A stretch of DNA of 32,000 bases. It comes from Acaryochloris marina S15 (GTDB lineage Bacteria > Cyanobacteriota > Cyanobacteriia > Thermosynechococcales > Thermosynechococcaceae). The DNA lies in contig NZ_CP064923.1 in assembly GCF_018336915.1 (NCBI RefSeq), forward strand, positions 1,620,001 through 1,652,000, given 5' to 3'. Shown here piece by piece: positions 14,873 through 23,834 of this stretch (positions within the stretch are counted from its first letter, which is position 1; the number at the start of each line of letters is the position of its first letter). A program made the position numbers and the translations under genes. The notes under the pieces were generated by a model that saw only the letters and a list, made by a program, of their open reading frames with translations, was not told where the DNA came from and ran no database searches.

Positions 14873-17800
14873 CTATTTCACCGTGGCCCGGAAACGAATG
14901 GCACCATAAGAAGTGGTGGGAGAGCCTGTGCTGATGGCGTGGGGCAGATTCCCCAGATTGATGACAACTGCGCCGTTATCTTCGGTTTGGGCTGCTGTAC
15001 CGTTACAAGCGGCGGGTAGTGCAGAACCAGGTGGAAAGAACTGAGCAATGTCACCGTCTGCATCGTTGGTATAGGAGAACGTATTACCGTCATACTCCAC
15101 CACCATGCCTCGATTAGCTCCTACACCACCGCTAGGTCCGGGGGGGACGGAGTTAAAGGCATCTGGGACATAAGTTTGGAAGTCGGGCACTTTGTCACAG
15201 AGTTGAACATCAGCAGCATCTATATTTCCGGTTGAGAGGAAGTAAATGGTGTATTCAACTTCATCACCCGGCCGAGTCCGACCGCCATCTGTGCCACCAA
15301 TCAAGAAAGTACTGCTCGCTTTACCGGTGGTATTGGGCCACTTGTCCGTATCGGGTGGTGTTGCAGCTTCGATAGTGTTGTCGTCATAAACATAAGCTTC
15401 TTCCTGCTTATAGGCCGCTAAATTGTCGCCAGCGACACTAGTTGTGCCGCCGTTGACCTTAGTGATCCGCTTAACCAGCAGCAAGTTGGGGTCATAGGGA
15501 GGAATACATGGCGGCAAAGTGAACTCTACGGTATCAATAAAGTTTCCAGCTCTGATGTTGCCGGTGGCGGTAGAGACCGCTCTTAATTCAACCCGGGTGA
15601 CGTACTGCCCCGCCGGAACGGTGTAGGTGCCATTGTAGAGTTTCCATCCTTCGTTGGGGTCGTTGACATCATTGCCAGACGTGAATGTTCCTTGACTGAC
15701 GGTAGCGCCAGGAGGGCCAAGGCGAAACTCCATGGTATCGTTGCCCGTTCGACCCCGGTGAGCAAACTGCCAGCCCATCGCCGCCCCCGGTGTGGTCACC
15801 ACATCCTGAAATAGAGCACCATCTTCTTCGGCGTTGATTTCAGCATGTTGTCCCCCTTCAAAGGCATCAAAGGGAACTTGCCCTCCGCCATGTTGGGATT
15901 GCCATATTTCTATATCATCCAGCGGTGTAGGTGTAGTCGTACCTTCAAAGTTCCAGCCGGGTACATCGGTCTCGTTGTATTGGCGAGCTAAGGTGGGAGC
16001 ACTGCCAAAGGATAGAACTGAGGAGGGTGAACCCTGGGCAATATCTAATAGCTCAAATTCTCCATCGACTAGGCCCGTCACGGCGCAGGCGTTGATATCT
16101 GTGACGGGAGAAGCAATATTGACTTCGTAATCTTCAACTTCTCCATCTGTGGCGGATCCGTCCGGTCCTAGGCCAGTTTGGCTGCCGAAACGGAAGCGAG
16201 CATAGGTTGGACCATGCAAGAGCGTTATATCTGGAATAAAGGAAAGGCTATTATTGCCTGCACTTAAGTTTTCATCATCAAAGATCTGCTCACCTGGATC
16301 ATCAAAGTCACCATCTTGGTTATAGTCAATCCAAGCATTGAGGATGCCAGCTTCGGAGGCGTTAACATCAACGGTGTTGCTAATCCCTGCCTGTACGACA
16401 TGAATGGTATCGGGGAAGCTAAGAGACGGGCTAAAGGTGACTCCATCTTCATCATCGGTACCGTCGCCATCGTCGCCGTCGGCCCCAGCCCCGGCGTCTC
16501 CACCGAGCTGAGTATCCGCTTCGCTATCAGGAGCCGCACTGCCTAGATAAAGCGCGGGCGATATAGTGTGGCTAGCATCGCCGTAGGAATCAGGGGCATC
16601 ACCATAGTCACTAGGTTGAAGATTAATCCCGAAATTAACTCCGCTGACATCAACTGAGTTAACGGTTATGGGGGTAGCACCATTGACGGTACCGTCTCCG
16701 GAGGATGCTGTTCCTTCTCCCGTATTAACCCAACCGGCAGGAAGACTAGCTGCAGGGGCCGTATTCCCTTGTACACCAGCCGTAGTACTAAGCGATACCG
16801 TGTATTGACCGGCCCCAATTGCCTGAAAAGAATAAATACCATTCGATGCAACCGTGGTAGAAGCAACAACATTGCCACTACTATCTACCAAATTTGCAAA
16901 TAGTCCACCCGCATTGGTGCCTGTCCCATTGATTAAGCTATCCGTTAATCCATTGGTATCATCAAAAACTGTTCCCGAAATTGTTACAGGTTCAGCAACA
17001 GACACTCCTCCGAAGAAAAATCTGTCACCCGAATAGGTGGTTGGACTTGACCAAGGACCTGGCTGAGAGTCTCCTCTGACATAAACTCTAAAGGTAAGGG
17101 ACGTAATATTAGTGCCCGTGAACAGGACACTACCACAAGCAGCCCCTGTAGAGCAGGATGAAGTTATGGTAGCCGCAGTGTTTGATATTGTGTTGCCCGT
17201 AACGTCAAAAAAAGCAGACCCAGATAATCTACTGGCGGTAATACCTGGGGTGGCTAGTTCGAATTCGGCTGTATGTCCATGAGCTAATCCGCCTACAACG
17301 CTTGTCCCACCCAAAGCACTTATCTGGATTACTGGATTTGAAACAGGTCGATTAAACGTTACAGTGATGTCCCCATAGTAATATCTACCATTTGTGGATA
17401 GATCAGCGATACGCAAGGGCTCTACCGTTGCAAATAGGTCAAAGGCATAGTTGTCAACTACCGATATTCCTGTCCCTGGCGTGCTATTGGGGCTTGAAGT
17501 GAACATGGAATCGACAGGTGCGCCAAGAGCATTCATCGAACTGAAGACAGACCTTGAGGCCGGCGTAGTACCTGTAGTATTAATCGATGATCCAAATGCT
17601 AATCCGTCTGTATATTGCTGATTCGAGAGAGAAACCGTTATGGAAATATTTGGTGTATAGGGTACAAAAGTATTTCCTGTCGTGTTCTCTTGAAGAGTTG
17701 CTGTGTGCGGTCCTGCACTGGGGCCATTGGGGGGACTCGTGTAACTGCCTACCGAGAATTCTAAATCTCCTGCCAATGCAAATGATGGAAAGATTGTGTC

Positions 17801-17965
17801 AACAATTAAAAAATTGAGCGATATGCTTCCTGCAAGTAGAGGAAGCATCCATAATTTTTGACCCTCAGTCCCTAGTTTTCTTTTAGTCGACACTAGAGAA
17901 ATTTCAGACTGCTTACAGCGAGGAGAAAGCAGTCTTGCTAATTGGTCGAATAATTGCATGGTCAA
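14873..17965 (-). CDS. large secreted mosaic surface protein: N-terminal beta-rich domain, SdrD-B-like domain, GEVED domain, lectin-like beta-sandwich, shared DUF11-like C-terminal domain
   Basis: 1030-aa ORF with a signal-like segment KLWMLPLLAGSISLNFLIVDTIFPSFALA (Met40, ATG 17848, is an alternative start).
- Residues about 327-447: ISGTVFDDTNGL...DSSGNVVASTTVASNGIYSFQAIGAGQYTV (SdrD B-like).
- Residues about 452-616: DYGDAPDSYG...DGDDGDGTDDEDGV...LNAWIDYNQDGDFDDPGE...TYARFRF...DGEVEDYEV (GEVED).
- Residues about 625-816: GW..IEIWQS...FEGGQHAEINAEEDGALFQDVVTTPG..W.FAHRGRTGNDTM (carbohydrate-binding-like).
- Residues 823-1030: homologous to the C-terminus of the 1386-aa protein. Confidence 0.92.
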   Translation of the reverse strand: MTMQLFDQLARLLSPRCKQSEISLVSTKRKLGTEGQKLWMLPLLAGSISLNFLIVDTIFPSFALAGDLEFSVGSYTSPPNGPSAGPHTATLQENTTGNTFVPYTPNISITVSLSNQQYTDGLAFGSSINTTGTTPASRSVFSSMNALGAPVDSMFTSSPNSTPGTGISVVDNYAFDLFATVEPLRIADLSTNGRYYYGDITVTFNRPVSNPVIQISALGGTSVVGGLAHGHTAEFELATPGITASRLSGSAFFDVTGNTISNTAATITSSCSTGAACGSVLFTGTNITSLTFRVYVRGDSQPGPWSSPTTYSGDRFFFGGVSVAEPVTISGTVFDDTNGLTDSLINGTGTNAGGLFANLVDSSGNVVASTTVASNGIYSFQAIGAGQYTVSLSTTAGVQGNTAPAASLPAGWVNTGEGTASSGDGTVNGATPITVNSVDVSGVNFGINLQPSDYGDAPDSYGDASHTISPALYLGSAAPDSEADTQLGGDAGAGADGDDGDGTDDEDGVTFSPSLSFPDTIHVVQAGISNTVDVNASEAGILNAWIDYNQDGDFDDPGEQIFDDENLSAGNNSLSFIPDITLLHGPTYARFRFGSQTGLGPDGSATDGEVEDYEVNIASPVTDINACAVTGLVDGEFELLDIAQGSPSSVLSFGSAPTLARQYNETDVPGWNFEGTTTPTPLDDIEIWQSQHGGGQVPFDAFEGGQHAEINAEEDGALFQDVVTTPGAAMGWQFAHRGRTGNDTMEFRLGPPGATVSQGTFTSGNDVNDPNEGWKLYNGTYTVPAGQYVTRVELRAVSTATGNIRAGNFIDTVEFTLPPCIPPYDPNLLLVKRITKVNGGTTSVAGDNLAAYKQEEAYVYDDNTIEAATPPDTDKWPNTTGKASSTFLIGGTDGGRTRPGDEVEYTIYFLSTGNIDAADVQLCDKVPDFQTYVPDAFNSVPPGPSGGVGANRGMVVEYDGNTFSYTNDADGDIAQFFPPGSALPAACNGTAAQTEDNGAVVINLGNLPHAISTGSPTTSYGAIRFRATVK

Positions 17966-18038
17966 AACTCAAAAATAATAGGAATTTGGTTGGCTGCTGA
18001 TTAAGTATTGGTCAGCAACAGGGTTGAAATTCTTTGTC

Positions 18039-18647
18039 CTAACAGGGCGTTAAAGAATATGGAGAGAGATACCCAAAATGTTGATTAAATATATTTTTGG
18101 CAACAGTTTTTTTAGTTGAAGGCCCAGGTGTTTTCAGCAGTAGTTGATTTTGTAGAGCTGAATGATCTGCTGTTTTACTCGCTGGACTAGGAATACTTCT
18201 GCCAGTGGAAGTGTTCCTAGTCCAGTACAGTCTGGCCCAGAAAATTTGAAATCTAGGGTTATCTGCGGGAAAATTATAGGCCGCGGAGGAAGAGGTGAAG
18301 GCAGTGGCATCACTATCTATATAATCTATCCAGTCAGCATTATTTGTGAGGAGTTTGTTGGTGCCAGTAGTTGTAGTTGTTTGAGCACTATTGCAAGAAC
18401 CTGTTCGGATTCCTAATGTCATTGAACAGGTGATGATGGGGTTCCCAAACATTGTGGTTTTCCCCCGAAGCTGAAAAGGATTACGAGTAGCGAAGGGGCT
18501 TTGATCTTGCACAATAATGGGTGGCAATGCTAAAGACATGGTAGCTGCTGTTACAAAAAAGCTCGATAACAAAGCTTGAGGTCGATGCTGTTTTCTTGGT
18601 TGCTTTCTTACACAGAATACTTTTAGGAAAGGGAAATAGGAGAACAT
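18039..18647 (-). CDS. signal-peptide ORF resembling only the N-terminal module of a large surface protein (possible gene remnant)
   Basis: 202-aa ORF directly upstream of the 1030-aa gene on the same strand. It has a basic plus hydrophobic N-terminus (RKQPRKQHRPQALLSSFFVTAATMSLALPPII). It then reads GKTTMFGNPIITC...C...LLTNNADWIDYIDSDATAFTSSSAAYNFPADNPRFQIFWARLYW. The 3' third is AT-rich and ends abruptly. Confidence 0.55.
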   Translation of the reverse strand: MFSYFPFLKVFCVRKQPRKQHRPQALLSSFFVTAATMSLALPPIIVQDQSPFATRNPFQLRGKTTMFGNPIITCSMTLGIRTGSCNSAQTTTTTGTNKLLTNNADWIDYIDSDATAFTSSSAAYNFPADNPRFQIFWARLYWTRNTSTGRSIPSPASKTADHSALQNQLLLKTPGPSTKKTVAKNIFNQHFGYLSPYSLTPC

Positions 18648-18697
18648 ATTTTTTCTGGGTATAGGATAAAGCGATAACCCAAAAGCTACCGACTGGT

Positions 18698-18736
18698 TGC
18701 TTTACGTTGCTATTTGCGCAATAGCAACGTAAAGCA
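18698..18736. promoter_or_regulatory. perfect 16-bp-arm palindrome upstream of the 202-aa ORF (candidate operator or 5' leader hairpin)
   Basis: TGCTTTACGTTGCTAT (18698-18713), 7-nt centre TTGCGCA, ATAGCAACGTAAAGCA (18721-18736). The arms are perfectly complementary. It lies 51-89 nt upstream of the ATG at 18647. Confidence 0.6.
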
Positions 18737-19666
18737 TACCTAAAATTATTTCTGGTAAAAAAGTGTCTCTAACAGGATGGGTCAAGCACAAGCAAAATCG
18801 ATCATTGATTTCCATGTTTAGTCAATAGGAATAGACTCAATTACTTTGCCCGTACTGTCATGCAAGAAGATTCTAAATCCTGTCATAAATCTATCAAGAT
18901 TGGCATTCATTCCCTTGCTGTAGCTTGGCATAATGGTTAAACAAAGAGAACGCCATTCATCAGTCAAAGCAAAGGATTGAACTGAATGTGAAAAAGTTTT
19001 CTTTTTTTCTGCATGTCTATGAAAACTTATTCTTATGAATATCTTTTTCGATAAAAAATAACTAAATATAATGATGGGCAAAAGCCCCGATAGTATTGTC
19101 TTTGCTTTGATCTGCTAGTTTGTTTTTACAGTAATTTTTACTTTGATAACTTCTTTAATTATTAATCTATTTCAATAATTAGATATTGATTTTAATTCGA
19201 TGCGTTGTAGTCACTATTGATGCGCCATCTACAGCTAGGTAGAAAACTTCTTCCTCATTAGATCTTTTAGATGGCGAATTGCTAACCCTAGGATTTTTGA
19301 TGGGTTCAAGGTAAAAAGACTACCGCGAGATTTTAATTTATCTAGTTAGGAAAAATTTCTTTGGATGCGCACAATCATAAGTATCATCCAGCTCTTTTAG
19401 ATTTATCTTTTTCGGTAGGAATCCTTGCCAAAGGACTTAAAGCTTGGTGTAGGGTCAGTCCTGGTTCTGGGAATACTATTGAAGCGAAATCGGAATATAT
19501 CCTTCTTTACTCCGAATTTCGCAGGTGCAAGTGTCAGATTGACGGGAAAAACAGGGGGAGTTGGACGGATGGTTCAAAATTGCCCTTCTGTACAAGAGAC
19601 TCCATCCAAGGAGCTTTCTCCACCGGTGGATGACGGTAAACCTCTGAACCAAATATTTTTAATTCC

Positions 19667-22600
19667 ATGATGAAACGCATTCGTTTCCCGAAGATAACTT
19701 TTGCCCGCTGGCAAGCTTGGCTGCACGGAATCAACCGTTCGACCAAAAGAGGACTGATCTTGGCCTTCAGCACATTCTTATGTGCTTTAATGGCTCACTT
19801 CGGTCTATTCCATGAGCCAGCAGTCGCGGCACCCAATGCCGACTTAGCCCTGTTGAATGCATTTGTCCCCACAGAGAGTCCTCCAGGCGTTCCCGTCATC
19901 TATCGTTTAACGTTCAACAACAACACCAGTAACCCCGTTAACATCACCAGCCTCAACCATACGTTGCCTGCTGCGCCGGGGAACTTGGTGTTCGATGCGG
20001 CAGCAACCACCAATACCTGTGGCAGTACGGTCAATATCACGACCGGTAGTGCAGGCGGAGGGCCAGGGTCATTTGCCATTACGGGGGGAGCTATTCCCGT
20101 TGGTGCCCCTGGATGTATTATCGAAATTCCAGTTAGGGGCTTTAATGCTGGCAACCATAACGACACCATCCCCGCAGGTGCATTATTTACAGCAGACGGT
20201 GAGAATCCCGATCCCACCGCAGCAACCTTACAAGTGGATGGTTCATCGCCTGCAACCCTTAATAAATCATTTTCTCCCAACACCATTCCTGGAGATGGCC
20301 GCTCGATTGTCACCATCCGCATCAATAACCCCAATGAATATGACCTGACGGGGACAACGGCAACGCCAACCCTAACGGATGATTTGCCCAGCAGCCCCTT
20401 TCAGCTCACAGTCGATACTCGTCCAGGAGCCCCTACTCCCACTACGAACTGTACTGGGGGAACGGTCAATATTAAGCCAGGGGGCACTGGTATTGAATTG
20501 ATCGGTGGCACCCTTCCCAATGAAAGTTTTTGTACCGTTACCTTTCCGGTGACTCAACCTAATGGTGGGACCTATTCCAACAACATTCCTTCCGGTTCTC
20601 TCAGCACAGAGAATCTGGTTAGCAACAGTAACTCCCCTAGCGCAAATTTGAATGTGCAGACCGAAATCTCTATAGCCAAGGTTTTTGGGGCTGGCGGGCG
20701 GGATGAAGGGGAAACCACCAGTTTAGCCATTACGATTACCAATGGCGGTGGACCCCTTACGAATGCCACCCTAACGGATGCTTTACCTGCCCCGATTGTG
20801 GTGGCAGATGTCCCCAATGCGACGACAACTTGTACCCCTAATGGTTCCGAAGCACTCACTGTCACGCCAGGGGCATCCAGTATTACCCTCAATAGTGCTA
20901 ATGTCCCTTCTTCTGCTCAAGTCCCTGGCTCAGATGCGACGACGAATAGCCTGGGATCTTGCACGATCAACCTGACGGTCAAGGTCGATCCAGGCGTCAT
21001 TGGCAATATTGACAACAGCAATGGTTCCTCAGTTACCAACACCATAGCCGCTGGTGACTTAGGAAACGACGAAGGTCGTACCAATGCTGATCCAGTTTCA
21101 GACAGTATTAATGTTCGACCCGCATTGGTGGTGAATAAGGGCTACTCCAACAATGACACCATCTCTCCCGGAAATACTTCTCGGATGACCATTACCGTCC
21201 GAAATAATTCGTTTGCAGTTGGGGCAACAGGAGTGGGCTTCACTGATACCTTACCGGGCAGTTTAGAAATTGCTGATCCACCCAATATTACAAATAGCAA
21301 TTGCGGTTCACCAACCATAACAGGAGCTGCAACTACTAATGTACTTACCTTTAGTGGCGGCACCATTGGTACCAACTCCACTTGTACCGTACAAGTGGAT
21401 GTGTTCTTACCTCTGGGAACGTCAGTCGGCACCAACCTAGATAACGTCATTCCTGACGACTCGATCCTGAATGATCAAGGATTAGATAGCAATGCGGTTA
21501 CGGGGAGTCAAGGCCGCTTAAACGTGGTCGATCGCGTTGAAATCATTAAGTCTTTCAACAGCAGCTCCGTTCGTCGCGGCGTGCCCTCAACCCTAAGCAT
21601 TAGCATTCGCAATAATCGTCGTACTGATACTGGGGTAACGCAGCCACTCACAGGGGTCACGATTTCAGATGATTTAACCACAAACACTCCTGCGGCTAAC
21701 TTGCAGATAGCAACTCCTGCTAACTTTAGCCAAACTGGTTGTGACTTTAGCAGTACACCTATTTTTACAGGAAACACCTCTGGCAGTACATCCTTCAGCA
21801 TGATCAACGGCAGTATTGCCCCTGTCGATGATAGTGATCCAAATGCGGATACCTGTACGATCGAGTTTGATGTTATTGAGATCGCTACGACAAATACTCC
21901 GCCTTTTATCCCTCCTGTGACCTATACCAATACAACATCAGGGTTTAGTAATATTGAAGGTGAACCCGCAACCGAAGATGACGCTGTACTAACGGTCACC
22001 TCTCCCTTAGAAGGCACCAAAACCTTCCAGTCGGCTGAAGTGGTTGCTGGGGGTAAGTCCACGGCAGTCATTGAGTTAACGAATACCTGGGACCAACCCT
22101 TAACCGTTACAACCTTCACAGATACTTGGGCTCAAGCGAATGTCACGGTTGCATCTCCACTGGTGACTAGTTCAACCTGTGGGGGCACCATTACCACGAC
22201 TCCAGGAAGTCAATCAGTCAATTTTGCTGGCGGTGTGGTACCTGCTCAAGTGGGCGGAGTACCTGGCATTTGTACCATTCGATTTGAAGTCGTTATGGAT
22301 GGAACAGGCAGCACCACTTTTGTAAATAGTTTGCCGGCTGGCTCTATCACCACTGCTGAAGGATTTGTGAACCCGGTTGTTGTCGATGGAACTTTAACTC
22401 GGACAACCGCCAATATTAATCTCAATAAATCCTTTAGTCCCCTGAGTATTAGAGTGGGTGATCCGAGTACCTTAACGGTGACAGTGACGAACCCCAATGG
22501 CGGCATCCCCGTCACTCAATTAGGGTTTACGGACACGATGCCTGCCGAGATGGTGGTGTTCTCCGTGCCTAATGCCACGACAACTTGTAGTGATGGCAAT

Positions 22601-23827
22601 AGTGGAACTGCTACCGTCACAGCAACACCCGGTCAAAATACCTTCACTTTGTCGGGGGCAGCCTTAAACCCCAATCAAAGTTGTACCGTTACGGTACGGG
22701 TAACACTATTGGATACCGGCAATACGATTAACCAACTACAGCCGGGGGATGTCTTTAGCCAAGAGAATGTCACCAATAGTGCATTAGCCCAAGCCACTCT
22801 CAATGCCTTGGCAGCTATCACTCCCGGTAAATCCTTTAATCCCACCTCTGTAGAAGGGGGCGAGATTAGCCAGTTAACCTTAACGATTACCAACAACCAG
22901 ACCAATACTGAATCGGGTGAACCGTTATCGAATGTGTCGATTAACGATTCGCTGCCCGCCGATTTATTTGTGGCCAATACCCCAAATGCTTCGACAACCT
23001 GTCCAAGCGGGACCGTAACGGTAACTCCTGGGGGATCTACCGTGCAGATGACCGGGGCAACCCTAGCCCCTGGAGCCAATTGCCAGGTTCAAGTAGATGT
23101 GGTGTCTAGTTTGATGGGGAGCTATCAAAACCGGATTGAACGGGGAGATTTGACGGCTCAAATTCAACCCTCGATTGATCCAATGCCCGGTGGCAACCCT
23201 ACTACCATTCAAAATACGTCTCGACCGACGGCGATCTTAACAGTGAATTCCGATAGATTGCCCCCCGAGATCTTGCTAGTGAAGCGGATTACGGCAGTGA
23301 ATGGAGTCAATGTGACCGGGTTTGAGGATGGTTCCGACGGCGATGATAACGATCCACATTGGCCTTCACCCGTGAGTAACTCATTGCGAGGGGCCTTAAA
23401 TCTATCGACTCCCGTAAAGCCCGGTGATGACTTGGAGTATTCAATTTACTTCTTAAATACAGGGTTATCGGAAGCCTTTAGTTTGACGTTGTGTGATCGC
23501 GTTCCTGACTTCACCACCTATGAGCGAAATACCTACAACAACCAGCCCAATCAAGATCCAGGCGGAATAGCCGGATCTGGACGCGGCATGATGCTAGGTT
23601 TAGGCACAAATGAAGTCTCCCTCACCAATGGGCCGGATGGTGACCAGGGCTATTACTTTGAACCGAATGTCGATCCAATGGTGACTTTACCGAATATCAA
23701 CTGTGATGGGACGAATACCAACGGTGCCGTGGCGGTGCAACTGAGCAGTAATGTTCCCAATGCCACCGCTGCAGGTGTACCTGTGAATTCCTATGGTTAT
23801 ATTCGGTTTACCGCCAAGGTGGACTAG
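19667..23827 (+). CDS. giant secreted repeat protein: eight tandem Cys-pair beta-sandwich-type modules (DUF11/TIGR01451-like) plus the shared C-terminal domain
   Basis: 1386-aa ORF with a signal-like N-terminus (KRGLILAFSTFLCALMAHFGLFHEPAVAAP). Residues about 56-1195 form eight diverged modules of about 135-155 aa. Each follows the pattern K-x-F-x-P...T-x-T-(V/I)-x-N...(F/L)-T-D-x-L-P...T-x-C...G...C-T-(V/I)-x-(V/F)-x-V. Residues 1196-1386 are homologous to the C-terminus of the 1030-aa protein. Confidence 0.92.
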   Translation: MMKRIRFPKITFARWQAWLHGINRSTKRGLILAFSTFLCALMAHFGLFHEPAVAAPNADLALLNAFVPTESPPGVPVIYRLTFNNNTSNPVNITSLNHTLPAAPGNLVFDAAATTNTCGSTVNITTGSAGGGPGSFAITGGAIPVGAPGCIIEIPVRGFNAGNHNDTIPAGALFTADGENPDPTAATLQVDGSSPATLNKSFSPNTIPGDGRSIVTIRINNPNEYDLTGTTATPTLTDDLPSSPFQLTVDTRPGAPTPTTNCTGGTVNIKPGGTGIELIGGTLPNESFCTVTFPVTQPNGGTYSNNIPSGSLSTENLVSNSNSPSANLNVQTEISIAKVFGAGGRDEGETTSLAITITNGGGPLTNATLTDALPAPIVVADVPNATTTCTPNGSEALTVTPGASSITLNSANVPSSAQVPGSDATTNSLGSCTINLTVKVDPGVIGNIDNSNGSSVTNTIAAGDLGNDEGRTNADPVSDSINVRPALVVNKGYSNNDTISPGNTSRMTITVRNNSFAVGATGVGFTDTLPGSLEIADPPNITNSNCGSPTITGAATTNVLTFSGGTIGTNSTCTVQVDVFLPLGTSVGTNLDNVIPDDSILNDQGLDSNAVTGSQGRLNVVDRVEIIKSFNSSSVRRGVPSTLSISIRNNRRTDTGVTQPLTGVTISDDLTTNTPAANLQIATPANFSQTGCDFSSTPIFTGNTSGSTSFSMINGSIAPVDDSDPNADTCTIEFDVIEIATTNTPPFIPPVTYTNTTSGFSNIEGEPATEDDAVLTVTSPLEGTKTFQSAEVVAGGKSTAVIELTNTWDQPLTVTTFTDTWAQANVTVASPLVTSSTCGGTITTTPGSQSVNFAGGVVPAQVGGVPGICTIRFEVVMDGTGSTTFVNSLPAGSITTAEGFVNPVVVDGTLTRTTANINLNKSFSPLSIRVGDPSTLTVTVTNPNGGIPVTQLGFTDTMPAEMVVFSVPNATTTCSDGNSGTATVTATPGQNTFTLSGAALNPNQSCTVTVRVTLLDTGNTINQLQPGDVFSQENVTNSALAQATLNALAAITPGKSFNPTSVEGGEISQLTLTITNNQTNTESGEPLSNVSINDSLPADLFVANTPNASTTCPSGTVTVTPGGSTVQMTGATLAPGANCQVQVDVVSSLMGSYQNRIERGDLTAQIQPSIDPMPGGNPTTIQNTSRPTAILTVNSDRLPPEILLVKRITAVNGVNVTGFEDGSDGDDNDPHWPSPVSNSLRGALNLSTPVKPGDDLEYSIYFLNTGLSEAFSLTLCDRVPDFTTYERNTYNNQPNQDPGGIAGSGRGMMLGLGTNEVSLTNGPDGDQGYYFEPNVDPMVTLPNINCDGTNTNGAVAVQLSSNVPNATAAGVPVNSYGYIRFTAKVD

Positions 23828-23834
23828 AAAAACT

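Noticed and set aside
17823-17848. 8-bp inverted repeat ATGCTTCC-N10-GGAAGCAT overlapping the alternative start codon (Met40) of the 1030-aa gene
   Set aside because: It is short, lies within coding sequence, and is easily explained by chance. It is not strong enough to call a regulatory structure.
17966-18647. The 202-aa ORF and the 1030-aa ORF as one gene split by a frameshift
   Set aside because: The 1030-aa ORF has its own signal-like segment near its N-terminus. The motif order of the 202-aa module does not continue into the 1030-aa sequence. A split-gene explanation is therefore unlikely, and a remnant or separate gene is more plausible.
18818-19081. 87-aa minus-strand ORF in the AT-rich divergent spacer
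   Set aside because: The N-terminal half is translated from A/T runs (IIIFSYFLSKKIFIRISF, EKKK). It has no RBS-like sequence and I recognise no family. A short peptide from the C-terminal half cannot be excluded, but I cannot support it.
19081-19666. Possible c-di-GMP riboswitch (GEMM-I/II) in the leader of the giant adhesin gene
   Set aside because: I looked for the conserved GEMM features I remember (paired hairpins with a GNRA tetraloop and receptor, ACGCA/GCAAA cores). I found only small unrelated hairpins (GGGCAAAAGCCCC at about 19077, GGAGCTTTCTCC at about 19610). It is unsupported without a covariance-model scan.
19361-19773. ORFs 19361..19633 (TTG start), 19425..19670 and minus 19534..19773, just upstream of or overlapping the start of the 1386-aa gene
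   Set aside because: They overlap each other in different frames, have non-protein-like composition, and sit where a 5' leader is expected. I treat them as non-coding.
19900-23079. Six minus-strand ORFs of 61-144 aa (19900..20334, 20372..20557, 20572..20892, 21142..21450, 21508..21807, 22675..23079) and several plus-strand out-of-frame ORFs inside the 1386-aa gene
   Set aside because: All lie antisense or out of frame within a long ORF that has a coherent repeat architecture. Their products are low-complexity mirror translations (Pro/Val/Gly-rich). They are shadow ORFs.
14876-23824. Idea that the two inverted copies of the shared C-terminal domain (14876-15499 and 23252-23824) act as inverted repeats of an invertible, shufflon-like segment
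   Set aside because: The similarity is at protein level only. Comparing the DNA by eye, the longest shared runs I found are about 8 nt (for example AAGCGGAT). No recombinase gene is present either.
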